Shown: positions 38,792 to 53,697, counted from the whole stretch's first letter. The stretch is DNA of 63,218 nt, filler included, from Reticulomyxa filosa (GCA_000512085.1; 17 parts of 17 records of this genome joined end to end with filler, not necessarily neighbours in it); one strand, 5' to 3'. Made by a program: numbers and translations. Notes: generated by a model from the sequence alone, not told the origin.

Positions 38792-40216
38792 NNNNNNNNN
38801 NNNNNNNNNNNNNNNNNNNNNNNNNNNNNNNNNNNTTAATTAATTAANNNNNNNNNNNNNNNNNNNNNNNNNNNNNNNNNNNNNNNNNNNNAAATAGTCA
38901 AATTTTTTTACGACTTATTTGTCAATTATGGTCCAGTTCATAAAGAAAAGATTTTTTTGGTAAATTTTCTCAAAATTGTTTACGACTAGCTGTACACATA
39001 CAACGTCTTTTCCTTTTAATCAAATCCTCAAAAAAAAGTGCTACCATGACGAATACTTCTTCAACAGAAGCACTTTTCGGGCTTTAAAAAAAATCTGTAC
39101 ATTTTTGGATTAGTGTACAATAAAAACTTTCTTAAAAAATATTTTTTGTCTGATCAAAGTACTTTAATGTCAATCAAACTAAAAAAAATAATGTGACAGG
39201 AACACGAAAACGATTTACGTATTTACAATTTCTGCCAACAATGGAAAAAAGATATACGTAAGCACATTGTGCAAACACAAAAGATTATGCGGACAAACAC
39301 GAACAAAATGAAATATTGCTTGTAATGTACTACCAACAAAATGCATTTGTGTTGTTATTTCATTCATTCATTTGACAAATTGAAACTATTATTTTTAAAT
39401 TATTTAAAAGAAACGAACTGAGATAAACAACAAGCCAACATAAAGAAGATTGTTCTGACAAACTTTTTTTTTCGATACTATACCAGACATAATTGAAAAT
39501 TTGATCAGTTTAAACTATTAGTATCTAAATCCGATCTGCACATCTTTTCGATGCTTTGTGTTTTGTTTACAAATGAAAAAAAAGACTTACTGGAGATTGG
39601 CAATTTGACCAATTTACAAGAAATGCTCATATATTCGAATTAGATGAGATAAACTGCGCTTTGCATTCCTCCTACAATCTTTTCTCTTTCCTTACAAACA
39701 GTATTCCATGCATTATCATAGTTACGTGCAAAAGCATGCATATTAACATGATGTTGTTCAGAGACTGTTTTGACGTACAAACACATTTGTTTGATGACCT
39801 TAGTCTCTTAATCGAGATGGGTGAATTACCTTCTTATCCCATGAACAGCATAAGTGCATATCTTCATTTAGCTCACGTTTGATTATAACTTCAATAAGAC
39901 TAACAGTACTTTTCACAAAAACAAAAAAACATTAATGCAAAAGTTGAACTGACAAGAACTGGTGAGCAAAAAGAATACCGAAAAAATTAATTTGACGACT
40001 TATTCTACGAGAAAACAGGTAAATTCAAAATGAGTGAAGAAGTCACAAAAAAGACTCGTAAAGGCGACCTGCTAGAATTGTGCTTAACTTTTACAAAAGA
40101 ACGAAATGGGCTTGAATGGCATAAAGTTTAAAAAGGATATCCTAATTAAAGTTAAGAGGGGCCTTTACCCTTTTTTAACGCAAAGCTTTTTTAAAAAAAA
40201 ACTAAGAAAAAAAGAT

Positions 40217-41405
40217 ATGCGTTCGAATGGACATTCAAATGGGGATACTTCTTTGGCAAGAAATCACAAAACAGACGAAGAAATTGACGTGAATGCCATT
40301 TATAGCCCTCAGAGCCGCTATGCAACTCTCAGTAACAGGTCACGGCATTCTGTAGGAAGAAGACATACGAAAGGCAAGCAACCACAAGCAGCGCGAAATC
40401 AGTCCATTGATGTTACGAGGCAATTATTTTTTGTGTTTGTTCGCTTATGCATATTAATAGTATATCTAAAAAAAAAAAAGACGCCAATCATATGCTTTCC
40501 ATACCGTTGGGTTGATGCTGTGATCGATGAAAAATGCATCAACAATAGACAAGTTCCGAACTATTTTATTTGTAAGACCCCTTTGTTTGTTTGTGGAAAA
40601 AAAGGAGGGGGGAACGGTGGACACATAAAAAAAAAAAACATAATACAAAATGTACAGTATCATCGAAGAGGAGAAGACTTGGCAAATAAAATGAGTAAAA
40701 TGGATTGCGTGAAGCATTTGTTATCCTATCGAGTATGTTGCAAACGCTTCACCTGTGCTTTTTTTTTGAACTTGAAGCAGCTCAACACGACCGAAGGACT
40801 GTTAGCCAAAATCATGGCCGGCACAGATTCGCTGCTGCAGCAATTGCGTGTACCTCAGAAAGTGCGTCCTATCAATATCAAAATCAGAAATCGAGTCAAT
40901 AAGTTTAATTTTTTTTTTAATTTAAAATATATATATATATTATATGTATATTATTTTAAAATCGTTTCGATGGAGGAGGAGGGGGGGGGGGGACCAACAT
41001 ACATAGACATATACATATATGTATATGTATGTATATGTATATGTATATATGTATATGTACGTGTAATCAAAACCAATCTTTGAATCGACAATAAAGAAAT
41101 TTACTGGAATTGTCTCCGACACAAAGCACAACCGACGAGACGATAGATATTCACAGCCAGTTGGATACGCGCGGCGGTGACACGGACACGGAGACGAACG
41201 GGGACAACACAGCTCCACGAAAAGACGTGTCTGACAAGAAAGAGACAGAGGAGACAACAGAGGGCAGCCACGAATCCGACAACAGTCTCGCCATGAGTCG
41301 TCTGTCCAAATTAATGAAACATCACGAGTCAATGCAAACCAACACAAAAAGTAATTCATTGCCAGTCACTCCCCAAATGAATAGCCAACATTATGATACT
41401 CATAG

Positions 41406-41437
<32 letters not shown>

Positions 41438-42609
41438 TAACAATAATAAGAAGAATAGCGATGGCAATTATAACCATACACAAAGTAATGGTTCTCACAA
41501 AAACAAGAATGATCCTTTGAATATGCATTCGATCCAAAACGACAACGAAAAGGTCGGAGAGACGATAATAACGACAACGACAACGACAACGACACCGACG
41601 ACAAAGATGAAGAAAGAGAAGAAAACGGAGGAAAGAAGGGAAGGGGAGACCCCAGAGGGCAATGGAAATATAGTATCGCCCATTCGCACCAAAGCGTTGG
41701 CGGAGATGTCGAACCTAGCAATGGAGAGACATGGCATCCACTTCAAAAACGAAGACCACTTGTTGGAGCAAGTGAGCACACAGTCTTGTCCGATCCTACA
41801 ATGCGACTGGAGTCTGGATGCTTCATCATCACCATCGTCATCGCCATTGTTGGCCAAGCGCAGCGGCAGCAATCAGTCGACAGAAGAGACTAAAGAAAAG
41901 ATAGGTTTATCGCAAAGACAAGCAAGCGAATCGAGTGGAAGTAAATCCGAGGCTGAAATGGACGAAATAAAGCAATCCCCGCAATCGCAATCACAATCAC
42001 AATCACAATCACAGTCAGATAAAAAGGCTTCGTTCAACAATCAACAAAAGCCAGACGAAGACGAAAAGTTTGACTCTTATCACGCAATTACACATCATAC
42101 GGGTAAAAAAAAAAAAAAAAAAAATACTCTTGTTATGTTGTTCGCAAAAACTGTATCCATCACCATGTGCTCTGTTGATTGCACATCACACAATTGTACA
42201 ATACAAAGGACTGCTGTACCATTGGATTTATTACTATCCAAGCGATTTCTCCGACGAGAAGCTATTGGCAACGCTGTTAGAGTTTGTGGAGAGATGCAAA
42301 GAGCGCACCAAACACCACGCGGGCTTACAAAAGCGCTGGAACAAGCTGCTTCACTTGATCAGCGAAAAAAAGCCACAAATGAAAGATAACGTGCTGAAAA
42401 ACAGCTCGATTAGCAACATGCGAATCAATCCCAAAGTCAACGGCAACAATGACGAAAAGCAGTTTTTTTTTTTGATAGTTTCTTCCCGCCCAAAGAAATG
42501 GTGGTTCATTTTGGCGTCAATACAAATCTTATGGAAATACATCCAACTTTGTTGGCCGAGCAATTGACTCTCATTGATACCAAGATTTATTTGAAAATTG
42601 AAATTCGAG
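40217..42609 (+). CDS. Ras guanine nucleotide exchange factor (REM + start of CDC25 domain), multi-exon, 3' partial
   Basis: LLYHWIYYYPSDFSDEKLL (REM) and LMEIHPTLLAEQLTLIDTKIYLKIEIR (CDC25 start); low-complexity N, T and SQ tracts upstream. Confidence 0.75.
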
Positions 42610-44293
42610 GTTTATATATATATATGTATATATATTTATGTATACGTATGTATTACTTTTTTTTTTTTNNNNNNNNNNNNNNNNNNNNNNNNNNNNNNNN
42701 NNNNNNNNNNNNTTAATTAATTAANNNNNNNNNNNNNNNNNNNNNNNNNNNNNNNNNNNNNNNNNNNNAAAAAAAAAAAAAAAACTTAAAATCAAACTTC
42801 TTTGGTCATCAATTCACTTATGCAGATTGCTTCCTTCTAGCTGGAAGACAGCAGTCTGTTGAACTGAATACGTCAAATTCCACCACGATTTGCGCATTTG
42901 GACGACCATGTTTCGTATTACAATTTTTTTCTAATCCAATCATTCTTGTATTTTATTTGATTGCACGTGCATAGTTTGTACGCAACTGCAAAAGTTTTGC
43001 GCTTCTTTCTTCTTCAATTTCTCGTATCTTGAGCAACTTCTTTCTTTTCTTCATTGCTATCTTCGATTTGCTGAAGTTCTTAACAGCCAGAGATGTGTCA
43101 ACGCAATAACTAATAAAGATTTCTTCATATTCCAAATTATGAACTATCAACGCCGTGCTATCCTTTGTTTTCTGTGTCGAGGCCTCAACATTTGTGAGAT
43201 ACTTCATTTTCACCATTACCCAAAGGGGTCCATTCCTATATCAAACAAAATAAGTGAACGAAAACATCAATTTTTTATATAATTTAATCAAAAAATGTTC
43301 ATTTGTTTAATCAAAAAAAAATTGAAGAACTGGTATATTTTACTTTGAATTGTATTTATTTACTGTTTTTCATTGTTTTTTAAAAAAAATAAAATTTTTG
43401 TATTTTCTTGATTAATTTATCACCAAATAAAAAATAAAACAATGAAACGGATGATGTTTTTTTGAGCAGTCCAAATGTACATTGATCAAAATATCATATA
43501 CCCTGAACTTTTGAAAAGTGCAGCAAGTAACCAAGGTTAAAAGTTGAGCGTTATTGGTTTTTTTTTACAAAAGAGAGCTTTGACTAAAACGTTTTATTCA
43601 GTAACATCAGTGCCACTCTTGAATCGTTTTTTGTTTGAGACAAAAATACTAAAGTGAAAGCTGTTTTGTCAACAGAATCATTCACTTTTTTAAAATATTT
43701 ATGGATATTTCGAGATATATTATTCTGTAAGAGCATACAGAATAGCTAAATGAATATACGTTTCTGCAACAGCATTATGATTGAACACAAAACAGCAACT
43801 GTTCCTTTTCCAGATCTTTCTAAAGTTTTTATTGTCCACATTACAAAAATAACAAAACCTCAATATTGTGCAAATACAAATTGCATTCCCTAGTGTAAAT
43901 TATATTTAGATTAAAAATCAAAAGAAATGAAAAAATTGTACATTTAGAAATGCAACAACAAAAAAATTACATGAGTAAAGCAATTTAACAAATTGCATTT
44001 AGTTTTTTCTTCAGGCAATGTAAAAACATTACTGTAAGTTTTATGCAATTTCTTTATATTCGTTGAAGTAATCTATGAAATAAAAAATTTATTTAAAGTT
44101 AGAAGAAAAAGAGAGGAATATATTTACAAAATATAACCTTGGGAATCGCTACATATTGAAGAGAAACGATTTATTTGCACTNNNNNNNNNNNNNNNNNNN
44201 NNNNNNNNNNNNNNNNNNNNNNNNNTTAATTAATTAANNNNNNNNNNNNNNNNNNNNNNNNNNNNNNNNNNNNNNNNNNNNAAAAAAAAAAAA

Positions 44294-45032
44294 AGGAAAA
44301 GAGATAGCAGCTGCAATCATTGAGCCAATTCAAGCTGAAGGTGGTGATCGACATGCATCAAAATACTTTTTTCAAAATTTTCGCAATATTTGCAAAAAAA
44401 ATAACATATTGTTTATCGTTGATGAAGTGCAAACTGGCGCTGGCCCAACAGGCATGTTTTGGTGTCATGAGTGGTTTGAATTGAGTGACCCTCCTGATTT
44501 TGTCACTTTTGCCAAAAAAATGCAAACTGGAGGATATTATTATCAAAGTAAATATAAATTGCAAGAGGGTTATCGCATTTTCAACACTTGGTCTGGAGAT
44601 CCCATTCGTTTGCTGCAATTGGAGGCTTTTATTCAGGTTTTTCTTTGTGTTATTATACCATTTATTCAAAGTGTATTATATGGCTCTTTTTTTTTATGAT
44701 TCATGCTACATTGAAATTGACAGACATTAAAAGATGATAACTTATTGGAGGTTGTTCGAAAAAGTGGAGAGTGCTTAATGAAGGGACTTTACGCTTTACA
44801 GAAAACTTATAGTGATAAGATTACTAATGTTCGAGGAAAAGGCCATTTCATTGCTTGGGATCATACCACTCCAGAAAAACGAGATGCTATGATTCAATTG
44901 ATGAGAAAACATGGAGTTCATATTATCGGCTGTGGCGACAAAAGTCTAAGACTTCGTCCTGCATTGACATTTGAGATTGAACATGCCAACTTCTTTTTAG
45001 ACGCAACGAAAAAATCTTTGCAACAGTTATAA
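44294..45032 (+). CDS. ABAT: 4-aminobutyrate aminotransferase (class III PLP), 5' partial
   Basis: IIEPIQAEGGDRHAS, IVDEVQTG, WCHEWF..PPDFVTFAKKMQTGG, YRIFNTWSGDP, GCGDKSLRLRP; intron 44637-44723. Confidence 0.92.
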
Positions 45033-46197
45033 ATTTTTTTGAAAATTACTTTTTGAAATAGAAACTGCACAGATGTAATTATTTTAATAATTTCAAGTAA
45101 AATTTTCAGTTCTTTGTCACGTGCATCTTGTACAATGACTATTTCATAAAAGAATATTTGTTTTTTGCAACAATTTTGGAATGATTATCGTAGTATCTGA
45201 TCGATAAGATTGGTCAACTTTTGTAGCAACAAGGAAAAACAAACATTTCATCCTAGCCTTTCAAAAAAATATCTGCGAGTGTTCAATTTTTCAAATGTGA
45301 TATTGATCTTTTATAAGGTATTTCTAGGCGAACAAAATTTCTTTTATAAAAGTTACGCACTTTGCAGAAAAATGATAATTTTCCATTCACAATCAAAAAA
45401 GGAAATAACTAAAGCAAAAAGCGAATAAATTAGTAAACAAAATAAGGTGAAGGGGTTTTCCAAATAAAAAGCTCATCAACATTAGTTCACTTCCAACGTT
45501 TGAACAAAAGAAAAAAAATAAGAAAAATAAAGACACCGACCGTATGAGGCAACTTTGGGTAAGAAAATGAAAAAAAAAAGAATGTATAAACTTTCTAACC
45601 GCCACCAAACTCAACCAAGCGCATATCAAACTTGCCGACAAGTAGCTTGGTCAAAACACTTGAGTCTGTAGTCATATCATCGGAAATAAATTGTTGTATC
45701 TTCTACTTTCAATTTATTATAATTATGTTTATTTGTTGCTTAAATTTGTTATTTGTTAAGTAGTCTTTCTTTTTGAGTTGTCAAATACAGCAATGTGACT
45801 ATTTGAAATAAAGTATATTGCAAAAAAAACTGACATAACTAAATGGCACTATATGNNNNNNNNNNNNNNNNNNNNNNNNNNNNNNNNNNNNNNNNNNNNT
45901 TAATTAATTAANNNNNNNNNNNNNNNNNNNNNNNNNNNNNNNNNNNNNNNNNNNNCGACGACCGTCATTGCGACATTTATCCGTATTCGCAAGTTATGTC
46001 TACATCATCTTGCTCAATGCTTATTTTTTTCCCTATCTTTAATCAATACTTTTTTTTATTTTCTTGTCTTTTGGCATAATAGACTCGTATGGAGTTATCA
46101 AATGGAGATTATTGGACAGATGATTGATATTCTGTAATAATTGTTTGATTTTTGTTTGTTTTTTTTTTTTGGCTCTTTTTGCTTCTTCTTTTTTTGC

Positions 46198-46325
46198 CTT
46201 TTGCAATGTATTCCCCCCTTTGCACAGTGCTCCCTCTTTGGCACATTGTTTACCCCGTTTGCACAGTGTTTCCTCTTGGCACATTTTGTTTACCCCGTTT
46301 GTACATTGTTTCCCTATTGTACCAT
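46198..46325. repeat. Minisatellite, ~19-20 bp unit TTG(G)CACA(G/T)TGTTT(A)CCCC, about 6 copies arranged as ~39-bp dimers
   Basis: TTGCACAGTGCTCCCTCTTTGGCACATTGTTTACCCCGT repeated with variation. Confidence 0.75.
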
Positions 46326-48639
46326 TTTTTTTTTTGACTGTAACTTTTTGCTGTTCTTGCACTTTTTTTTTATTACAATCGTTTTGACCTTAACTTTTCT
46401 TTTTCATTTTTTTTTTTTTTACTAGAGGTATAGGGGTTATTTTAGATTACAAGTTGTATCTTTGTGTTAGTGTGTGCTTTCTCCACTTTTTTTTTTTTTT
46501 TAATACCTTTGTTTTTTATAAATTGGGATTATTGGTGATTGTCCCTGCGATATTGTTATTTTTGTGGTGGTGTGAGTTCCTGTTGGTAAAAGTTGGCTCC
46601 ACTCGTTTTTCAATGTTGTCCGTGGGCCGATGGACCATCGAGTCTGTTAGGCCGGGTAGACCAGGCAGCTGAATGGACATATTTGCATCGTCGTGAAGGG
46701 GGGGGTCGTAGTCACATGTTCTGCAAGCGATAGCGTCCACAGATGTGGACAGCTCATTATCGTCGATTCCCCCTATTAGTGACGCAGCTTATCTATGGCC
46801 AGTCTATGTGGCGTGTGCGCATAGATACAGCATGCGCACTTGGGATGCATCGCATCCCCCGTTTCCATTCACGCGTCTACGTAATTCGAATAGAGGACGT
46901 GCCAGACAAAATGGCGCTTGCGATCCTCCAAAGGACAGCAGCAACGAGGCATACAACGGCCGTCGCGGCGTAGATTTCCGGATTATATCAGTTTAGTTTC
47001 AATCTTTATGTTCTATGTTGTTTCACGTCTTCATACTTGCAACATTTGTTTGCTTGGAACAGTTCGGAATAACGTGGATATTCCTGCATTATTTATTAAA
47101 TGATATTTTTTTTTTTGTTGTTATTATTATTATTATTATTAATTTAATTTATTTTTATTTTTATTATTATTAATAATGACTACATCTGTCAACTTCGGCA
47201 TTCTTTCTCTCATGCAAATACATTGCATGCACAATCCATAAATAATCAACTGTCTTCTTTTTTTTTTTTTGAAGTGAGGTCATGACTCCAAAAATTACAT
47301 GTAATCTTTTTCCAGGATTCAGTTATGCCAAATATGTGAACCAAACATACGCATACGTTGATGATTGAATTCGTTCAACTTGCTGTTTCCCATTCAATGT
47401 TTCCACATCGTATTTTTGAAAAAATTTACTCAAATCAATGAAACACAAATGTATATACATATATATATATATATATATACTTACAATACTTTCGCAACTG
47501 GATCTTATAGTATATGCTAAAAGCATATCGAGCATTTGCATATAATTTGCATGCACAACGTATTTAATAATCATATGTACTATATGCATAACAAAAGGGA
47601 AGAAGGTTTTTCTTTGAACGTGTGAATAATAAAAAGAAACAATTTCTAAAAAAAAAATTTTCAAGTGATTGTAAAAAAAAAAAGGGGACAGTGTATGTCC
47701 AACCACATTCTGAATGTGTAAACTGCTTAACGTACTGTAATTGCTTAATCCAGCCAATATCATTTAAAATATCAATATATTACAGTGAAATGCATATTTT
47801 ATGATAGTCTCTTTTTTGTCTGATGACATTTCACACATTTCAATATCTCAAGTCTTGCATGTTCGAACACTATGCTAAACCTTCTTATCTTTCATTGTCG
47901 AATTGTAACTTCAATTCGTCATTTCTCTTTGATGTAAATCAAATGATCATTTGTACATTTCACGCATTGCAATGTCACAACACATGCTACTGTCCTAGAA
48001 ATGCATATCTTGGAGAAATTACGCGCGATTGTAGCTTTGCCAGAGACAGACAAGAGAGCCCACGAAGAGAGAACAGCGCGTTTCGAAGAAGAATCAGTGA
48101 CATGATAGAGTTTCCAATCAATTGAAAATCAGTGTATGAAAAGGGATGATGTTGGAGGGAGAAATCAAGAAGATGAAAAAAACTCTTGGTGTTATTTTTC
48201 TTATTGTTGCACAACAGCTCTTTTTGTTTTAAGTTTGAACAAAGCAAAAAAACGCTCAATCTCGTTGATACATACAACTAATTATTGGAAAGAGAACATT
48301 GAGCAAGAAGCTAATCTGGAACCTCGTTCCTTGTGTTTTCATTACACAGCTCTGTCGATATATTATTTTTGTATGTTTTTTTCATAGTCTAGGGTACATA
48401 AACAACAGTGTAACAATGTTCGATATGATATCAATTGTTTTTCAAAGCGATTGCTCACAAAACAATTCAATACCTTTGTCTTAAAAAAAAAATGTGATCA
48501 AAGTTCGACTTGTTGGTCCAATATTGAGACATTGAAATTTAAATCTCGCAAATTATTAACTCATAATGAGCTTAATATTGTAAACGTTTGAATAACTGCC
48601 ATCAAAAACTATTTTGCACTTTTAAGAAAAAAAATATGC

Positions 48640-49105
48640 ACATTGCTTAAAACTGACTTTATTCATAGACAAGTGATTTTTGTTGAGGTGTCAAACCACT
48701 CGTATTTTTCCAGATGCTATCTTTTATTGATAGACCAGAACCTTGAATGCCCATTTGCCAAATATATTTCACCAAATTTGCCTCAGTTACATCAATTATT
48801 TTGGCATTATCACCACCCCATAATCGAATCGTTTTATCCTCTGAGAATGATAATATTTTCGAACCATTTGATGATAAATATCTTCCTAATATTCTTCCAT
48901 TATGTCCTTCTAACAATCAAATTTGCTTTCCTGAAGATGCATTCCATATTCGAACTTGAACATGAAATGATTTTAGATCCGTTGGTGAAAATTGAACTCT
49001 TTCTATCCCATTTGAATGTCCTTCCAATACTCGAATTTGCTTTCCAGAGGAAACATTCCACAATCGAAGAGTATCATCATCCGAACAGGATATAAGTTTA
49101 TATTT
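48640..49105 (-). pseudogene. Decayed 3' fragment of the NACHT-WD40 family
   Basis: WD repeats with stops and indels plus the tail YIWQMGIQGSGLSIKDSIWKNTSGLTPQQKSLV, homologous to [32 protein letters not shown] at 30400-30530. Confidence 0.78.
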
Positions 49106-49777
49106 GTGCATCTTTTACCACGTCACCGTACAATTTTATCAATGCCTTCATTTCTGCTTCATCTTGCATGCCTCCTGCAAGTTTAACAGGTAATTCGTTA
49201 ACGGGAATAGTGGATTTGCACTATTATACGCGCGTATGCGTGTACCTTCATAAGTCATCTCGAGTAATTGTTCAGAATTTACAATCGATTTCCGTGTGTA
49301 CGTACTTTGCGAACCACTGGTTGCCTTTTTGTTATATTGGTTTTCCTTTGTTTCTAAAGAGAAAAGAAAAGAAAAATCCTTTCAATTGCTCTGGCTTAGG
49401 AAAAGATTAATTGTATTGGAATTAAAATCAATTTAAAAAGGATTTTTTGTGAAGAAAAAATTGTTCGAATATCATTTTATTTTCGAGTAAGCAACTCAAA
49501 GGGACAGATGTAATGTATTACTACTTTGGTGGGCATACACATTAAATTTGGTTCACTACAAGAATACAGTTTCAAGTAACGAACAAAAACTCCATTTATT
49601 TTGATGTTTTCCAAAAATGAAGTGAAAAAGTGGACTCGTTTAAAAAAAGCTGGCTGCCTACAGCGGATCGCATTAACAGCAACTTTATCAATTAAGTTTT
49701 GTCAAGAATTTTTTTGAGAACAAAGAATTTTTAATAATAAACGAATTTGAAGGGAATATCCTTTAACATTTAGCCAG

Positions 49778-50939
49778 ATGACCTCTGGGACTGAAAATGC
49801 AGCAAATTCTGCACCACAAAGTGAGCCCCGACGCTGGGTCGAGGTCTTAGAATTTCAGCGAAAATCAGCAGTAGTTTGGAGACCACCTTTTCTGGTGAAT
49901 GACCCACCACCGTTTGAAATAATCAAAGGACATTCAACGAGTAAATTCAGTGCGTCTTATTCATTACAGTTAAGAGTTGAACTAACTTTGAGTTCGCAGT
50001 CTTTGTTGTTTCTTTTTTCCTTTTATTGGATCGGGGCATTTTTTTTTTTTGGTAGTATTTGTTTTAGAATTGCATATGTGTGACCCCCTTGTCAAAACCG
50101 GGCACGCAAAAAAAAAAAGAACGTTATACGACTACCAACTGCCAACCAATTTGACGTGGGATGGTGAGTGGAGCATTTTGATTGAGCCAGGGAAAACGGA
50201 CGAAGAGGGTTGGTCTTATGCTGTCAAATTTGACTCAGAGAGTTTTTCGATTGATGGGAAACACTGTTATTTCGTCAGGTCTTGCAAAAAAAAAAAGGGG
50301 GGGGAGAAGGGAAGAGAAAAAAAAAAAGAGGAAAGAAAGTAAGAAAAAAATATAAACATAAATGTAAATATAAATATGGTATATATGTATATTATTATTA
50401 TTTTTTTTTTTGTCAAAAATAAAGTTCAATCAACAAAACTATAGAAAACGTAAATACGTGAGGGATTACAAAAAAGGAGTGCCGCCAACACCAAATGGAA
50501 ATGGGAATATCAGCATCACTCCTGCACAAGGAAGCAACAACAACGCCTCCGCAAATCCAAACACGCCACAGGTGTGGTTCTCCGTCACCGAACAGCCTCA
50601 TCACAATGTACCAACCTTGACGGAACATGTCGTCTTTGAAGTTGAAACAAGAGATCTCATGTCCAGAAATTGGAAGCCATATAATGCTTTGTGGTTCAAT
50701 GTCGATATGAAACCTTTGTTTAGTACCCTTTTTTTTTTTTAAAAAAAAAAAAATTGATCAAACTATTTTTTTTTGTATACGTTCAAAAAAATTTTCTTCC
50801 CTTTCTTTTTTTTTTTTTCCGAATTTCCTTGGTGTAATGTACATAAACATACTTTTTTTTTTTTGTAGACACATTGTCACGCCACATGATCTTCCATTGC
50901 CAAGTGCTACAGCAAAAGGTGAATGGTTGTGGGCCGAAG
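49778..50939 (+). CDS. DysF (peroxin/ferlin) domain protein, probably tandem domains, 3' partial
   Basis: EVLEFQRK..WRPPFL..DPP; YQLP..WDGEWSI..TDEEGWSYA..F..YFVR/KRKYVR; second copy VFEVETR..W..LPLPS..EWLW. Confidence 0.7.
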
Positions 50940-51007
50940 GTATGCCTATTGCACATACAAATGTTTGTATATTAATTTTGTGGGTGCATATCCCCTCCTC
51001 AATTGAT

Positions 51008-51044
<37 letters not shown>

Positions 51045-51144
51045 NNNNNNNNNNNNNNNNNNNNNNNNNNNNNNNNNNNNNNNNNNNNTTAATTAATTAA
51101 NNNNNNNNNNNNNNNNNNNNNNNNNNNNNNNNNNNNNNNNNNNN

Positions 51145-51647
51145 AATAATAAATGATTGTTGCTTCCGCCAATCACTGCACGTACCCCATTATAATTATC
51201 TTCATTTCTTCCAATGCAAATGGGTTTGTTGTCGTTGTCAAGCAAAAATGACCATTCATTGTATATGTTTTTGTTTTCAGTTCTCTTTTGTACTTCTTCT
51301 TTCAGCTCGTCTTCCCAAACACTTATATAATTCATTACTAATGTATGCTTGTTTTTACCACCAAAAGACAATAAAGTGATACCATCTGCATTATTGTTGC
51401 TCGCACGCCTCACTACACAGTGTCCATATAAATCAACATTCTTTGGATAAGAACATATTTTCTTGTATTCATTTTTAATTGTGTGATAGGAATAACAACC
51501 GCGAGTTTTATAACCTCCGCAAATTAGTATTTCGTTTTTGTAAAACAAACATTGACCAAGATAAAGTGGTGTGGGTAGTGGGCCCAAAGTTTCAAAACGA
51601 GGTGTTGCATTTGGCCCCTTTGCTAGGTCGATATCAATCGGATCCAT
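51145..51647 (-). CDS. Kelch-like beta-propeller protein of a lineage-expanded family, 3' partial
   Basis: FETLGPLPTPL..QC..EILICGG..CYSYHTIKNEYK.ICSYP..GHCVV..LLSFGG..VRAVIGGSNNHLL. Confidence 0.8.
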
Positions 51648-52729
51648 CCAATAGTTGATCCAACTTTCAAGTGCTTTTCTTAATGAAGATTGTCAGTCTT
51701 TATTATAGTTTTTATTTGCTTAAAAGGGCTGACTGAACTAGACACAAAAAACCCGGCTTTACTTAGTTTATGGCTCCACTATTGTATATTGTAATTTTGG
51801 AGTGAAGCACGTAATCTTAAAAAATCAGTCAAAAACACATCAAACAATATTTGGTAATAAATTGAGACTTGTTTTTCAAAAACTAACCCTTTCGTTTTGG
51901 GGACTCTCAAACGCAAATATGAGTAGCCAATAAAATTGAAAATCATTCAACAAAAGATAGTAGTGATATATTTGGAATGCGATTTAAAAAGTATAAATCG
52001 TCAACGGGCAAACGCGTACGTATTTACGATGTTCATTATAGTTTTGAAAACTGCGTGATACCCAAAATTTAATTCGTCATTACAAATACTGAATCAAGAT
52101 AGCTACAATAAACTGGAGCCACTTTTACGGTGGCGATACATTATAGTTATCGTGCGTTGTTTAGTCATCTCGATACAAAAATAACAAATTGATCATGATG
52201 CAAGCAAATTAACACCAAAGATAAAACACTAACGATAAGTATATGAAATTTATGCAATACTACTGTGTTATGAATCATGCAATGTTGAACTCAGTTATAG
52301 TCAAATCAAATGTAGCCTTATTTGCTATCTTAATTTTATTATCATAAAAAAGAGAAAAAATTTATATTAAATCATATTGTGGATTGAAAAGATTGAGATT
52401 GGAAGGATGAAAATGTAAAATATGCATTTTATCGGTTCTAGCATTGTGTAATTTGTAAATCATCCGAAATATAACATGACAAATAAAATATTGGCTTTGA
52501 TTTGTCTTTCAATAATCCCAGAGACTAGCAGGTGATTGTATGTAGCATGGATATCTCCATAAAAATATGAACTTGAAAACTTTGTCTTAAACTCTTTCAT
52601 AAGTCTTATCAAAGATGAGAAAGCATATAATGAGCTGTTGGACGAAATGCGAAGCAATGTTGGAGATAAGATCATATTATCTTATTGATACAATCAATGC
52701 CGTAAATTGTATAACAAGTTTTGTATATA

Positions 52730-52800
52730 TAGTAAGTTGCAAAGAAAACTGAACGCCTAAAACATATCTTATGATGATAATTGATTTTCTCAATGAAAAA
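52730..52800 (+). mobile_element. Tc1/mariner-like terminal repeat, copy 2
   Basis: Near-identical to 38665-38735, preceded by TA, runs to the contig end. Confidence 0.7.
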
Positions 52801-53697
52801 NNNNNNNNNNNNNNNNNNNNNNNNNNNNNNNNNNNNNNNNNNNNTTAATTAATTAANNNNNNNNNNNNNNNNNNNNNNNNNNNNNNNNNNNNNNNNNNNN
52901 ATTTGATACTTTGAAAAATTTCAAGTTTTCTTTAAAATATATAATGATGTAATTGAAAAATTGTAAAATTTTTCATTTGTGTTGATTAACTAAATTCAAA
53001 GTCTTGTTGATAATTTGAGAATGCTTTTTTACAGCAAATATTCTATATGACGCTTTGCATCAAACTTTTTTTTGGAAGCACAATTGTTTTTAGTTTCAAC
53101 TCAAACCAAAACTATTTTGAATCTTCATTACCAGAATTATTTTTTTGTAAAAATACTAACATTTTTTTCGTGTATTCGCTCATTGGTAATATATTCTGTT
53201 CATAAACATTACAAACAATGACTATAATAATAATAAAAAACATTTCCAGTGTTAATGATCACCTCAATCCACTTGGAGGGCTACTAGATGTCGCATTAGT
53301 GGTTGATTTTGTCAGGCATTGTTAGATCTTTCGTTGCAAAAAGTGTCACTTTTGTTGAGATTTTTTTATGAAGAGATTGTACTTAGATTTAATTTTTAAG
53401 AAAGTATTTACGAATTTTGTAGTTTTTAGATATGAATTTGTATCTTTTTTAATTATTTTAAAAATTAAATTATTTTTAACAGATTTTTCGTTTTCATGAA
53501 GAAATATTTAATTTTAAGTTTTTTAAAAATTTTGTTATTTTGTTGTGCCATTACATTTTTTTTACATTCAAAACTTTTGTTGAAGTTATTGTTTATGTTT
53601 TTTATTATTTTTTAATAGTTATAATAATCAAAATGATGTTTAATTTACGTTTCATAACTACAGTCTTTATGTTATTAATCATATTTCAATATGTTTT

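Noticed and set aside
42953-43216. Short ORFs at 42953-43216, 38295-38651, 52460-52675 and 55061-55353
   Set aside because: No recognisable motif or splice structure; cannot be supported as genes.
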